Both the position numbers and the translations under genes were made by a program. Under the pieces are notes generated by a model. The model made no database searches and was not told the DNA's origin. It saw only the letters and a list, made by a program, of their open reading frames with translations. Positions 24,853 through 40,478 of a DNA stretch of 64,000 bases are shown piece by piece. This DNA comes from Octopus vulgaris (Eukaryota). Each line of letters begins with the position of its first letter. Within the stretch, counting starts at the first letter, position 1. The stretch lies in contig OX597824.1 in assembly GCA_951406725.2 (NCBI GenBank), positions 84,754,001 through 84,818,000 on the forward strand, given 5' to 3'.

Positions 24853-24986
24853 AGAGGTCAGATTAGTTGAAAACACACGAAAAACCCTTAATTATTACCA
24901 ATTTCATTTAGTATTATTAGCAGTCAACGTACAACACAAAGTTCCTTTTTTATAAGTAATAAATGAATGATAACTTAAACAGAGGT

Positions 24987-25072
24987 GGGCAAGTGTCTTC
25001 TAGTATAGCCCCGGGCCGACCAAAGCCTTGTGAGTGGATTTGGTAAACGGAAACTGAAAGAAGCCCGTCGTG

Positions 25073-25144
<72 letters not shown>

Positions 25145-25390
25145 TGTGTGTGTGTCTGTGTGTGCGTGCGTGTGTGTGTGTTTGTGTATGTGTTTGTCCC
25201 CCCCAACATCGCTTGACAACCGATGCTGGTGTGTTTACGTCCCTGTAACTTAGCGGTTCGGCAAAAGAGACCGATAAAATAGGTACTAGGCTTACAAAGA
25301 AAAAGTCCTGGGGTCGATATGCTCGACTAACGGCGGTGCTCCAGCATGGCCACAGTCAAATGACTGAAACAAGTAAAAGAATAAAAGAGA
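24987..25390 (+). mobile_element. SINE A, 5'-truncated
   Basis: Match to family A from GGGCAAGTGTCTTC onward. Confidence 0.88.
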
Positions 25391-25676
25391 GTATGACGCG
25401 CAGAAGACAACATAATACTTTTCTGTCATCTGAAAGCCCAACGCTTCATAAGTCAAAGGGCTGGGGATACAGAAAGGTAAGAAAGGTAAGACAGGCTCCA
25501 GTCCCAGAGACAACGAAATACCGTTGGAGACACAAGAGCAACGAGAAGCAAGACTTCAATTGGAAACAACTAGGCAAGCCCGCTTGAGGGAACAAAAGAC
25601 GAGAGCAGAAACGACGGAGGTTGGAGTCTCAAGCCGATAGAAAAGTCCCTTTAAGAGAACAAGTATCAACAGAACA

Positions 25677-25909
25677 GGCGGCGAGCTGGCAGAATCGTTA
25701 GCACGCCGGGCGAAATGCTTAGCAGTATTTCGTCTGCCGTTACGTTGTGAGTTCAAATTCCGCCGAGGTCGACTTTGCCTTTCATCCTTTCGGGGTCGAT
25801 AAATTAAGTACCAGTTACGCACTGGGGGTCGATCTAATCGACTTAATACCTATGTCTGTCCTTGTTTGTCCCTTCTATGTTTAGCCCCTTGTGGGTAATA
25901 AAGAAATAG
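25677..25909 (+). mobile_element. SINE B, full length
   Basis: 14-bp TSD GTATCAACAGAACA at 25663-25676 and 25910-25923. Confidence 0.9.
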
Positions 25910-26971
25910 GTATCAACAGAACAACTTCAAATTAACGCAGCCAAAAATGCCCACTCCATAGAACAGGAAATATAAAAGTAACGACAAATGGGGTTGGAAT
26001 TTAGACCTTTTGCTCGTTAAGAGTGGCGACTAGTAGTCTTTAACTACGATCTGACACATAATTTTGTCGATAGATTTATAGGTCTGGCTACCTCCAGGGA
26101 TCACTTGTGAGATCTATGCCCTCCCCCACCCCCCAAAAAACATCTCACAGTGATTTTTTGGTGGGTGGCAGAATCGTTAACGTGTCGGACAAAATACTTA
26201 GCGGTAATTCATCAGACTTTACGTTCAAATTTCGCCGAGGTCGACTTTTTCTTTTATTTTCTTGGGGTCGATGAAATAGGTATCAGTTGAGCACTGGGGT
26301 CGAAATAATCGTTTAGTTTCCGCCTCTAAAATTTCCGGCCTTGTGTTTAGAGTAGAAAAGATTTTTATTATAAAAGAAGGCGGGGTGTGTTTGCATTAAA
26401 AAAAAAAGAAAAATCCACCACTTTGTGAAAGGGAATCAATGACCCCAAAACAGTATGGAATACTGGGTTAAACAATTCTTCTTTCACTGATGAAGTCTAA
26501 TACGGCCGAAATTTGTCCGGATTTTATCACCTAACAACCGAAACTCAGAATTACTACCAGCACCCTGCACTCTATTTTAATAAGGTTAATCATTGGGGTT
26601 GCCTCCCTGTCTTTCCCAATCAAATTTAATCATTAAAATAATGAACTTCTCTCTTCACCATAGGTGCAAGCATAAGTCATTAAAGTTGGTTGGCTCATTA
26701 AATTAAGTATGTTAACGTCCAATTTTCTAGTTGATAAAAAGTGCTTATCTAGTGACTCAGAGATGTCAGCTAGGATGTTTGTAATAAAACTGGAATAAGT
26801 GCACTAATTCTATGAAGTTTCATTTAATTCATTTAAATAAATACACAATATAGCTTCCGGGTAACTTCTCTGGATACAGTCAAAGTAGCAGCCAGAGTTA
26901 AAAGCATTTAAACGTTACACACGCAGAAAGCTTATTTATAAATATGGCCATAACCAACTATGAAAAATTAA

Positions 26972-27534
<563 letters not shown>

Positions 27535-27537
27535 TAA

Positions 27538-27930
27538 GCGGAGTGGCTGTGTGGTTAAGAAGTTTGCTTCCCAACCACATGGCCCTGGATTCAGTCCCAC
27601 TGCGTGGCACCTTGGGCAAGTGTCTTCTACTATAGCCTCGGACCGACCAGAGTAGATGGAAACTGACAGAATCCCGTCGAATGTATATGTGTGTGTGTAT
27701 GTATGTGTGTGTGTATGTATGTGTGCATCTCTGTTTGTCCCCCCACCATCGCTTGATAACCGATGTTGGTGTATTTACGTCACCGTAACTTAGCGGTTCG
27801 ACAAATGGGACCCATAGAATAAGTACTACGCTGGCTTACAAAGAATAAGTCCTGGGGTCGATTTGTTCGACTAGAGGCAATACTCCAGCATGGCCGCAGT
27901 CAAATGACTGAAACAAATAAAAGAATAGAA
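27538..27930 (+). mobile_element. SINE A
   Basis: Match to family A. Confidence 0.88.
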
Positions 27931-27975
27931 GAATAAGAAAGAATGTGTGTGTGTGGGTGTGTGTGTGTGTGTGTG

Positions 27976-28320
27976 TACAAGGAAGTACACAAATGTAACC
28001 GGAAACGTTCTCTGTGGGACAAGCCCGTAGTAGTTCGGACTTCCGCCGCTAGAAACTACTTGATGCGACCTTGTTGATATGCGAAATTGTTGATATAACT
28101 GGTGTATCCTGGAACTCCTGCCAACGAATTTTGAACGAGGAATCACGAATAAAAAAAAGTTGTAGCAAAATTTGCGCCTCGCCTATTCATGGAAGATCAA
28201 AAGCAGTCACCACTGAATGCGTGTCGTGAGATGAAAGAACAGTTGGCAGTTGATCCTGACCCTTTTTCGAAGGTCATCACTGGTGACGAAAGCTAGTGCT
28301 ACGGAATTTGCTGATGTGAA
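27976..28320 (+). pseudogene. Internally deleted mariner remnant
   Basis: 28165-28305 translates AKFAPRLFMEDQKQSPLNACREMKEQLAVDPDPFSKVITGDES*CYG. Confidence 0.8.
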
Positions 28321-28429
28321 AGAGGCTTATAGCAGAAGACACTAGCCCAAGGTGCTACGCAGTGGGACTGATCCCGGGAACCTTGTGGTTAGAAAACAAG
28401 CTTCTTACCACATAGCCACGTCTGCTCAG

Positions 28430-28910
28430 TGGCATTTCTTCTGACTCTTTACATTCTGAGTTCAAATGCTGCCGAGATCAACTTTGCCTTTCAGCTCTTC
28501 GGGGGTCGACAAAATAAAGTACCAGTCAACTAAGGCGATCGATGCAATTGACTTGTCACCTACCCTCAGAAATTGCCGACCTTGAACCCTGCAACTGACC
28601 GGCGTCCCGTTCAGGGGAATGTGGTGATCCCGTTCGCTTATACGCCATAGAAACTCTTTACATTCTGAGTTCAAATGCTGCCGAGATCAACTTTGCCTTT
28701 CAGCTCTTCGGGAGTCGACAAAATAAAGTACCAGTCAACTAAGGCGATCGATGCAATTGACTTGTCACCAACCCTCAGAAATTGCCGACCTTGAACCCTG
28801 CAACTGACCGGCGTCCCGTTCAGGGGTATGTGGTGATCCCGTTCGCTTATACGCTATAGAAACCGGGTAACCAACAAAATGGGTCCTAGGACTCGAGGAA
28901 AAACAAAATC
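28430..28910 (+). mobile_element. Hybrid SINE (B-type body plus T1'-type tail) with a 209-bp tandem duplication
   Basis: 28444-28652 is repeated almost identically at 28653-28861; an older homolog lies at 51783-52020. Confidence 0.82.
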
Positions 28911-30084
28911 AAACAAAGAATTTACGCAATGTGTCAACACTTATACCCATATGACTGTGATTCCGCAGGGAAAGATTCATAGCAATTTAAGTTATATTTT
29001 GACTACAGTCACCGAAACTCAGAATGCTTTGGCTGGATGTGAAACAAGTCAGACGAGAATGACAAAATATGTTCGAAATTAAAGGGGAAAACTTATTTAA
29101 TTATGTATGACTTAAACATTTCTGACAAGAAGTCATCGAGAAAACTTAAGAAAGTAAGACATTGCGCAAATGACTGAAATTCCATTCAAAAAGTCTAGCC
29201 TAAATGGCTCTTCAATATGGCGGTTATTGCTAAGTTTATATATAACTTACGTTAGCATACATGTGTCCCATATATATAGGTGGAGTTGAATTCCCCTTCT
29301 ATATATAGCAATAATGGTGTATGTTTTTTTTTGGTTGCGTCAGTGATGGCAAATGTTTTATTTATTTAGCCTAGTTTTAACCAGAAGGGAATCACATCAG
29401 CTTATTATTATCCTGTATTATTATATGTCTATATTTTCTCTGGTTTCAGCCACTGGGTCTCGGCCATGCTGGGACACCGCTTACTCTTCCGTGAATGAAG
29501 GTGCTAGATGTAACTACACTTCACCATTGTCTCCTCTTGTGATGTGGATTCATCGGAGGTTTTACCTATAATATTAGTGGCGCAGTAGTTGAATTGTTAG
29601 AGCGTTGGATTCATTACCTTAAGGTATTTGTTTCGGCTCTCTAAGTTCAAATAGCAACGGGACCAACTTAGCCTTTCATACCTTCGGTGTCGATAAATAA
29701 AGTACCAGTTTTGTACTGGTGTCAATTCTCTTTCTTCTTCTGGATTTTTGTTTGTATCTCTTTGTGGAAGAATCAGCTACGGCCTGACCTAGAGAAAGAG
29801 GGATCCACCACGTCTAAAAGTGCGTAAGACACACCCTATATCACCATAGGGTCCCGACGCTGGGTGAGTTCTAAGTCCAAGGAGTGGCTGTGTGGTAAGT
29901 AGCATGCTTACGAACCACATGGTTCCGGGTTCAGTCCCACTGACCTTTTTCTTTCCTTTAAAAATCGGCACGAACTTTCCGGACAACCCAATATTTTCAG
30001 TCATATTGACTCCAGTATTTATTTCAGTTTCACGATTAATCTCTCTTTCCCTCTCTCTCTCTCTCCCTCGCTCTCTCATATATT

Positions 30085-30186
<102 letters not shown>

Positions 30187-30198
30187 GACAGACAGACA

Positions 30199-30377
30199 GA
30201 GATCGATAAAAGAACTTAGGGTTCACCAAAGGAGATCGATAAAATAACTTAGCGGTACACCAACGGATATCAATAAAATAACTTAGCGGCTCGCCAAACG
30301 AGATCGATAGAAAAATCTAGCGATTCGCCAAACGAGATCGATAAAATAACTTAGCGGTTCGCCAAACGAGATTGATA
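30199..30377 (+). repeat. ~34-bp minisatellite (5 units) derived from SINE A
   Basis: Unit TAACTTAGCGGTTCGCCAAACGAGATCGATAAAA versus SINE A TAACTTAGCGGTTCGGCAAAAGAGACCGATAGAA. Confidence 0.85.
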
Positions 30378-31289
30378 TATATTTTTTTTTCTCCCTCCCT
30401 CTCTCTCTCGCTCTCTCTCTCACTCTCTCTCTCTCTGTCACTCTCCCTCTCTCTCACACTCTCTCACTCCCCCCCTCTCTCTCTCTCTCTCTTTCGTCGA
30501 ATTACTAATGACAATCAGCCATGTTAATGGAGAACTTTCATGTGTGGCTGTGTAGTTTTTCTGTCTTCTTGCCCAACGTGGCATGCCATGGGATGGAACC
30601 GGAACCACAGGACTGCGAAGTGAATTCTTAACCGCTCGGCAATGTTTATGTCTTAATAATTGCTCCTAACATAGGTACAAGGCCTAAAATGTAAGAGAGG
30701 GGGAATAGTCGGTTGTATCGCTCTCAATACCTGGTTGGCAACTTTATTTCATTGACTTCCAAAAGATGAAAGGCAAAGTTGACCTTTAAAGGATCTGAAT
30801 GTAGACCCTTAAAAAAAACAACGATCTATCACTTCTGCTAATCCACAGTCCTAGTAAAGTTTAAAATAATAACCAGAAAGAAATACAAACAGTGAAAAGA
30901 AGGAAGTAGGGATAAAAAGCAGATTAAGGGCTGTAACATCAAAAGAGGAATGATTTATGTGAAATTAAAAACTTACTTTGACATTGCTTACTAAGCGCCA
31001 TTTGCTTTTCTTATGTCGATAAACCTTTTCTTCAAAACTTCTGATCAAGTCCAGAAATTGATCATGTGTTCCAATAACGCTTCTTCTTCGGTTTTCACGT
31101 ATCCTGGATTGTTTTAACTAATTTCTTCTGTCTCTCAAAAGTTTATTTCTGGGTATGGAATAAATCTCGCATAATTCTAGGAAGAGGAAAAACAGTAAGA
31201 ATGCAAAGATTAGTTCAAACGAATGATTATAGATGACCCTTTTCCTATTTTCGATGTATGTACCTCAATATCTCTATATCTCTATATGT

Positions 31290-31535
31290 GAAGGTGCGTG
31301 ACCTAGCGGTTAGGGTGTTGCACTTACAATCGCAAGATCACTGTTTCGGTTCCCGGACCGAGTGGTGCGTTGTGTTCTTGAGTAAAACACTTCATTTCAA
31401 TTTGCTCCAGTCCTCTTAGCTGTAAATAAGTAACCCCGCGACAGACTGGCGTCCCGATTGGGGAGTGGGGATGTTGTGATCTCGGGGTCACTTATATGCC
31501 ATGAAAACCGGGTAACTGGCCCCTATGAGTCCAGC
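31290..31535 (+). mobile_element. SINE D with T1' tail
   Basis: tRNA-like head, TGTGTTCTTGAGTAAAACACTTCATTTC body, GCCATGAAAACCGGGTAACTGGCCC tail. Confidence 0.8.
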
Positions 31536-31834
31536 AAACTCATTGGCATTTTTATTGAAATTTCAAGGTCAATGTAAATAAACAACACAAAGTGTTTTTA
31601 TGCTACTCTTGAAAAATTCAGAGGAATTAGCAGTTAGTATTTTCAGGTGAAAAAAGTTATTTTATGTGGTGTCACATACGTCACTTATTTATTTTTATTT
31701 TTATTCTCTTGTAAAAATTCATCATGCATTCCCTGAAAAAATTTTTGGGGTTTAATACTTGTCTGGGCAGTTATAATTTACTGTGAAAAACGAATCAATA
31801 TAATTCTTGTAAATGTCCAAGATTTACAGCTTAA

Positions 31835-32151
31835 CCTCTTAACATAAACATTTTTTTTTCAATATCCATGCAAAAAATATATTTTTATTATTATTTATTT
31901 TGAATCTATATATTAGGAAGAATAAGTGCACAAATTATTTTAGATCAGTTATGAGTTGTTGTAAAGTTACCGATAGAAATAACAGTTACAGATAGTTAAT
32001 GATAGAAAACGGGAATGCCATCATAAACGAAATATTTCTGGTTTAAAATAAATGACAGATGCATCAAAGTACAGTGAATGTATATTTTCGTTCAAATATA
32101 TATTTATTAGACCTCTCTGAACGAAAATATACGGGATAATACGTTAAGAGG
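31835..32151. mobile_element. piggyBac-type MITE
   Basis: TTAA|CCTCTTAAC ... GTTAAGAGG|TTAA; subterminal inverted repeat GTATATTTTCGTTCA/TGAACGAAAATATAC. Confidence 0.6.
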
Positions 32152-32806
32152 TTAAGGTATTTCATAATTTGTCTTTGTCATGTACATCACACGAAAATGG
32201 CGCTTTTTGTGTTTTCTAAGGTTACGCCCAATCGAAATCGTACTCGGTAAAGCGTATTTCGGGTTCAAAGGGATATGTTTAATGCTGAACAATTTTTGAA
32301 GGACATGAATGTGATTTTGTGGCGTTCATGCCTTTCTGAATTGAATTAGTAAGTATATATCCAGAAAGTTGGTTTCAGCCGGAAATCGAAACTGACTCTC
32401 GGATATGACCAGTCAAGTGTTTACTTCTTGCTCTCCAGCGTTTATCGGATAAGTAAAAATAAATAAATAACATATCATTAAAAAAATATATAGAAAATTG
32501 AAATAACCATAAAAAAATAGACAGCGTTATTTTGGAGCTTTAAAATATCTTTGCTTCTCCTGTATTCTAATTATACGGATGACGTTTTATCAAATTCCAA
32601 TCTTTAGTGTCGACGTAATTTATTCATTGAACAGGAAAGTAACTCGTCTGAAGTGTTATATTTATTTCAACATAATATGAACCAGACAGTCTATAACAAT
32701 GACTATCTACATAATGTATGTAGGTAAGTTGACAAATTGAATAGCTTTTTCAAAGTAACTTGTTAGGTTAATTACTAATGGCTGCCCTTGTGGCAAAATT
32801 TGAAAC

Positions 32807-32873
<67 letters not shown>

Positions 32874-32961
32874 GTTATTATTATTATTAGGCGACGAGCT
32901 GGCAGAATCGTTAGCGCGCTAGACGAAATGCTTTGCAGTATTTCGCCCGTCGCTACGTTCT

Positions 32962-34838
<1,877 letters not shown>

Positions 34839-36090
34839 CGTCCGCCATTACGTTCTGAGTTCAAATTCCGCCGAGGTCATCCTTTTGGGAATCAATAAAA
34901 ATAAGTACCACTTGAACACTGGAGTCTACGATCGACTTATCCTCTTCCCTGAAATTTCTTCCCTTGTGCCAAAATTTGATATTGTTAATATAACTCAGTG
35001 AGAGATCAGCACACGCCTTCAAAGTGATGCTGGGTCACAAATATACGAAGCCCAATATCCCATCATCACTACCTGTTGCATAAGGGTACACTAGGCACAT
35101 GCATCACAACCATATGTGCGCGGCATGGTGGCCTTATATCAAGATCACGTATACCCTTGCAGGTTGGGGCCCAGTTAGGAATTTCTTCAAGTAGAGCAGT
35201 CCATTCCGCTCAAAAAGGTCCCTGAATTAAGGTTGTTTAAGGATGATAAACGAAACACCTTTCGGGATCAAATATTATGTGTACATGTGTAACTAAAGTA
35301 ATAATACGTTTTAATATATTGTATAATGTCTTTTATCTCACACCTCATATTTATGTAAATGTGTATAAAATGTACATTCCTAAGAGTTTTGTAATACGGT
35401 GTATGAATGAATGTGCTATTGAGGGCGCAGTAAATGAAAGAATTGTTGTTGCTGTTGTTGTTGTTGTATATGAATTTGATAGCGTGAAGATTTCCTTTTA
35501 ATTTTCCATTCGAAACACACTTTATTCAAGCATAACAAACCCAGATTTTCTTTCGAATACTTGTAAAAAGAACTGTGATTGCTTAAAGTAACGCTGCCAT
35601 TAACACTGCGGTGGGTAGACAACAGAAGTATGAGGTTTGTTTCACAAACTCACAACATTTTATTTACTCACATTACTTTTTCGCAACTACAAAAGGACAA
35701 CCACACACAATTAATTCAACTGACAAAACACTACAAAAAGCCAAAGCACACAACTAAATATACGAAAGGAACAAAATAAAGAGTGTAGTGAACATTCGAT
35801 AGAAGAAAATGTTCCGAATATTCAAATAAGCAATTTAGAAAACAGTACAAGTAACAAGGATCGCACTAGCGATGGTTCCAAATATTGCGATCTGTTGAAA
35901 AAGTATTTGTGTGAAGGCAAACCTTCCTCCAATGTAAAGTGAACAGACAGGATTTTCGAAACATCACAGTTATAAAGAAATAAATGTAGATGCGAAAATT
36001 TTGTGTAACTGAACAGCATTTTCATTTTTGGATTTGGTTTGCAAGATTCTTTATATGAGTTCGTGTGTTGAAGCATATTCTGTTGTATCT

Positions 36091-36273
36091 GGGGAGAGTC
36101 ATTTTCTTTTTGTGCCTTATAATGTAACACACTCACCGGTAAAATTTCCACTTTTTTCTTTTTTTTTTTTAAGAAAATAGAAATAAGAAAAAGAATAAGA
36201 AATAAGAAATAAGTGGAAATTTTGCCGGTGAGTGTGTTACATTATAAAGCACAAAAAGAAAACGACTCTCCCC
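36091..36273. repeat. Inverted repeat, ~63-bp arms with T-rich/A-rich spacer
   Basis: GGGGAGAGTC..AAAATTTCCACTT (36091-36153) versus AAGTGGAAATTTT..GACTCTCCCC (36211-36273), about 4 differences. Confidence 0.92.
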
Positions 36274-36887
36274 ATGAACAGCAATTCTTTACCGCAACAG
36301 CTCATCCAGGAGAGAGCAAAGAGAAAAATGACACCACAGCTTAGCAAAAAAAAAAAAAAACGGAAAGGGATTAAATTTTCCCTCAAGTTTTACAAACTCT
36401 CCGGGAAATATTGGTTTCAAATGTTAGCACAAGGCCAGTAATTTCGGGAAGAGTGCAAGTCGATTACATCGACCCCAGTACTCAACCGGTAATTATTTTA
36501 TCGACCCCGACGGAATTTGGACTCAGATCTTAAAGGCGGACAAAACGCCTCTAAACATTTTTTCTGGCGTCCTAATAGTTTAACCAGCTCGCCTCCTTAG
36601 CTCTTCAGGACATATTGAGAGTGAAATTATCTCAACTGGAAAGTGCCTTGATGTTTTTGTTCCAACCCTTTACGTTCTGAATTTAAACCTCGCTGATGTC
36701 AACCCGGCTTTTCATCCATCCAAGATCGATAAAATGAAGCACCTATCTTGAACTGGAGTAAGTCAAAGCAATCGATTAATTCCTCTTTTCAGAATTGTTG
36801 GACTGATGCCTATAACAGAGGCAGTGATTGTTTATTGTTGGTGGCGGTGGTGGTTGTTGGTAGCTGTTAATGTTGTTGTTGTTGTTG

Positions 36888-37429
36888 TTCTTCTTCTTCT
36901 TCTTCTTCTTCTTCTTCTTCTTCTTCTTCTTCTTCTTCTTCTTCTTCTTCTTCTTCTTCTTCTTCCAATCAGGACTCACGCCATTAGCCACAAAACATAA
37001 TCTCTAAGCTACTAAGAATGCGTGTGGCAACTTGAAGATCCACCCACCACACGCGATAGACTGGCGGTTGCACGGGCGCGAAAGCTACGTTGTTATCCTC
37101 ATTGCGTAAACGGTGGCTTTTAACGGGTGGAGAGCTGAACCATCCTAGGGTACAGAGAATTCGCAATCTAGACTAGGGTCTGAAAGTTTACCACACCATA
37201 ATGGGTTACACCATGGTTCCTCTGATTTGTGGCAGACGTAGGAAGTAAGAGTGAGAGAAAATTGTGATGAAAGAGTACAGTGGGGTTCACTCCCCACCCC
37301 CCGCCGGAGCCTTATGGAGCTTAGGTGTTTTTGCTCAATAAACAATCACAATACTCGGTCTGGGAATCGAAACCGCGTTCTTACGATCGCGAGTCCGCTG
37401 CCCTAACCGCTGGGCCATTGCGCCTCCAC
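36888..37429 (-). mobile_element. SINE C' head/body with tail T4 ending in (GAA)n
   Basis: C' head at 37240-37429, unrelated ~275-bp tail, (CTT)n tract at 36888-36965. Confidence 0.75.
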
Positions 37430-37951
37430 TGTTGTTGCTGTTGCTAGTCATGAGCAGACGTTTGTTAAAGGAACTCCCGAAATAATTCGAATATTGCTGC
37501 ATTTTACTTCATGCTAAATTCCTCCTGTGGATTTTTAGGTTTTGGCACTTTTGAGCGTCCAGTCGTTTTACCTTGTGGTGATGAATATATGTATTGTTCT
37601 GGATGCATTCATATATTTCACTTTGTAGACTTTCGTTTATTTGCTTAACAAAATGACCTCTTCGTAGAGTTGCGGTAAACGCCACTAACCGCAAAGGCAA
37701 AAGCAGCGTATACGCCCCCAAAGTTTTTGAAGAAAAATTTTGTTGAAAATTGTAAAAATAAAGCACACAGCAAGAAAAAAGAACAGAGAAAAGCGTATGA
37801 CAAATAGAAAAACATAGCAATTATAACACAAACACAAGTGCAGACAACACAAAAAAAATATACAACGCAAACACATTTGTATTATAAATACAGATGCTGG
37901 CGATAGCCGAAATTTGTCCAACGCAAACAATAATAAAAATAGATCAGTCAA

Positions 37952-39280
37952 TGTTGCGAGCTAGAGAAAAACTGAACTTTGGACAACTCCCAAAATTGAA
38001 TAGGTATGGTACGAAATATTATGCCTCCTTGCTTAATGGTTTAATAGAAGATAGGGAAAAGAAAAAGTGACATACGTTTGTCTCTCGAAAAGCAGAGGGG
38101 CTTTCATTGCGCCCTCAATGAAGTTACAACAGAAAGCTCTAGGTGATGTGTGACGCAATGTGTTTGCTATCGATCGGGACAAAGCGTATAGAAGCGTGTG
38201 CTCGATTTTTGGATCCGAGAACAACAGGCCATGATGGTGCGCCATACACTTGTCCACAGATTGGTACGGCAATAGGAAAGTGTAATACAAGGGTTGCAGC
38301 CAAAAGTGTTGGTTCGGGTGTAGGCCTTTGGGTCGTCATAAGATTTGTGTGAGCACCAAAGAGAACTAAAAAGGCGGCACGTAGTGAGGTTTGCATACAC
38401 ATATGCGTCCCGATGATTCCAAAAATTCATAGGCCCATCCAGGAGCTCATCGTGGAGGCCAAAAAAGCGATACAACTAGTAGATATGGCAGTAAGTAAGC
38501 TGCTGCACATATGACATTAAGGTTTGCTAAAGAGCTTTCTGAAAAGCTGTAAAAGTAGAGGTGGAGAGAGAATGTGGCAGAGAACAGCAGAACCAGCATC
38601 AGTATTAGCAGGTCTGTTGAAGCTGTTGTTTCTAAAACACAGCTGGTAGCAGCTCCGAGGATTGCCGAGGGTCACACCTCGTCGCCAGTGTCGAGAACCG
38701 ACAACCAGAAAGCGGATTCGGAAGCCGGAATTCTAGTAGAATCAACGAGACGAGGCACAGATGTGGCAACACGGTTCTGTGGCTAAACATAGCTCTAGAT
38801 TCAAAAGTGGGATTTCCGATGTGTGATTATGAGTAAGATGCACTGAAGAAGGAAGGGAAAATAGAGAAAATAGAGCTGGAGTTTAAGAGGGATTCGAACA
38901 ACATGTTGTTGTTGGAAGATTACAGTGTTGGTTTGTCGTGTACAGAGGACCGTTGGTGGTTTTTGTCTGACCCGATCCAATCCAATGTAACAAATCCTTA
39001 CAGAAGCGGCAGACGGACAGAGTTGTGAAGCGCCCTAACCTAACCAGTGTGATGGATTCTAACGGAGGTATGTAGGTGGGTTGTCTTAATTGCTTTCTTT
39101 TTTCACTAAATTATATATGTATTTTAAAATTATATCTATGTTTTATATAATCATCTTGTCTGTTTAGTTATATTCTCCAAGTCAAAAGTTTTTAACATAT
39201 CTTAATATATTGTGTAATGTCTCCACTGACCTCGTTTTACACATAAAGGGCGCTCACGTTTTTGTATCCCCTTTGTAACA
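37952..39280 (+). mobile_element. Possible solo LTR
   Basis: TGTTG...TAACA termini, higher GC and non-coding; no TSD match found. Confidence 0.35.
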
Positions 39281-39623
39281 AGTGTATTGTACGTATGAAT
39301 TGGCTCTAGGTACAAAAGAAAAGAAATTGCTGTCACATTGGGCTTTTATTGCTATCTTTCTTTACTTGACTTATTGCGGCTTCCCGCCTTCATTTTTACC
39401 AACACGTTGTAGTGCACCTGAGTACTGCATACAATACATTCATTATTATTAAAATGTCACGTGCTATTCATTCTGAGTCTTTACAATATGAATTCAAATC
39501 TCGCCGAGGAAGACTTCAACATTCATCCTTCCGAGGTTGATAAAATAAAGTGATAATTTGTCAAGTACTGGGATCGAGTTAATCGACTAATTCCTCTCCC
39601 CAAATTACCGGCCTTGTTCCTAT

Positions 39624-39685
<62 letters not shown>

Positions 39686-39774
39686 TTATTATTATCATTA
39701 TTATCATTATTATCATTATTATTATCATTATTATTATCATTATTATTATCATTATTATTATTATTATTATTATT

Positions 39775-39816
<42 letters not shown>

Positions 39817-39852
39817 ATTATTATTATTATTATTGTTATTGTTATTATTATT

Positions 39853-40321
39853 TTATGTTTGACTTTTACATTTGTACAAGTTGGTTCCAAGTTTCACCCA
39901 GAGGCCTCAAGAGGCAACAAGTTGGAAGTTCATGTTGGTGTTATGCCTAGGGTACCATATATTTGTTTCTGTACGTAGTGTTGTTCTAGAGAATGTTTAA
40001 GAAACCATAAGAAAATTATGTTTGTTTTAAAACTTAAAACTTGAGATTACATAGAAAGTATTTTGCGTAGGATATGAGCAGTTCCCATGAGCACTATCTT
40101 TTGAATTTCTGCCATTTTGGGGTTTCCTGGTATCTGAGCTAGGTAGCAATCAGCCCCTTTGCTATCATTCCCAGGGCACCTATGATAATAGGTATTGTAC
40201 TAGTCTTCAGGTTCCACATTTTGCTAATTTCTATTGCAAGATCTTTATATTTGCTCAGTTTTTGGTAGGTCTTGACAGATACGTTTATATCGATTGGGAC
40301 AGTCATATCAATGAGGAGGCA
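39853..40321 (-). mobile_element. R4/Dong-clade LINE 3' fragment (RLE endonuclease C-terminus plus 3'UTR) in (TAA)n
   Basis: CLLIDMTVPIDINVSVKTYQKLSKYKDLAIEISKMWNLKTSTIPIIIGALGMIAK, one frameshift, then GADCYLAQIPGNPKMAEIQKIVLMGTAHILRKILSM* (stop at 40047-40049). Confidence 0.88.
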
Positions 40322-40327
40322 TTATTA

Positions 40328-40394
<67 letters not shown>

Positions 40395-40406
40395 CATTAT
40401 TATTAC

Positions 40407-40477
<71 letters not shown>

Positions 40478-40478
<1 letters not shown>

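Noticed and set aside
30199-30377. CRISPR-like array of ~34-bp repeats
   Set aside because: There are no unique spacers, the unit is SINE-derived and the context is eukaryotic.
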